This document shows, one piece after another, positions 37,046 to 37,487 of a stretch of DNA of 37,487 nucleotides. The notes under the pieces were generated by a model. The model did no database searches. It saw only the letters and a list, made by a program, of their open reading frames with translations, and was not told the origin of the DNA. This stretch comes from Catajapyx aquilonaris (taxonomy: Eukaryota): contig JYFJ02003796.1 of the NCBI GenBank assembly GCA_000934665.2, positions 1 to 37,487 on the forward strand, written 5' to 3'. The position numbers were made by a program, and so were the translations under genes. The first letter of the stretch is position 1. Each line of letters begins with the position of its first letter.

Positions 37046-37308
37046 GTAAGAAGCCAAGTTTTATATCAAATACAACTCTCAAGCAAAACAGTCTGTTGGT
37101 TACATTTAGGGAAAAATAGTCAAATATGCCATTCAGAACAGTTGGTGGGTTTTTCATGCTACTTCTAGTTAGCAGCACCACCTGCTATTGACACCCAGAA
37201 AACGCGGAGGTATCTCCACCTAGCGGCTGACGGTGTAAGTTCTTGAGTGCTGGAATGGCTGTTGCCTATGGCAGGCAATGAGGAAACGACGCTCGGAAAA
37301 AGTCTAAT

Positions 37309-37442
37309 ATGAATTGTTGCGTGGGCGGGTACCACCAGTCATACAGCCAAGGTGTGCCTGGAACTATGTTCTACACGTTTCCAGGAAAGCCCTGGGAAAA
37401 CGAGTAGCACGACTAGTGGATTCAGGCAATGAAAATAATCAA
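37309..37442 (+). pseudogene. Decayed THAP-domain ORF (DNA transposon relic) in bark intron 9
   Basis: Manual translation MNCCVGGYHQSYSQGVPGTMFYTFPGKPWENE*HD*WIQAMK fits the THAP pattern C-x-V-x-G-C...F-x-x-FP...R-x-x-W, with the second Cys lost and two stops. Confidence 0.65.
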
Positions 37443-37487
37443 GTTTGCTTCATGAGAGACGTTGATGAGCACTCACAAATCACTCCT

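Overview
Eukaryotic, almost certainly arthropod, genomic DNA (GT-AG introns, a bark beetle/anakonda gene, TTAGG repeats). Three gene-derived blocks are visible. (1) The last coding exon and 3' UTR of an RS-rich protein gene (+, 3547-4138). (2) A highly divergent, intron-containing Piwi-clade Argonaute pseudogene (-, ~14989-10274). It has a stop at codon 2, about 6 frameshifts and substituted slicer residues (RDG->RNG, YAHKL->YAEKL). Its first RG-motif exon is amplified into a ~1.35 kb tandem array, and ~270 bp direct repeats bracket the whole locus. (3) The first nine coding exons (~1300 aa) of an intact bark beetle/anakonda gene (+, from 22876, running off the window). The introns and the intergenic space are packed with non-autonomous transposons (hAT, Tc1/mariner/pogo, Harbinger and piggyBac MITEs, tRNA-derived SINEs, an RTE-like LINE fragment and a decayed THAP ORF). 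All family assignments come from motif recognition by eye; no searches were run.
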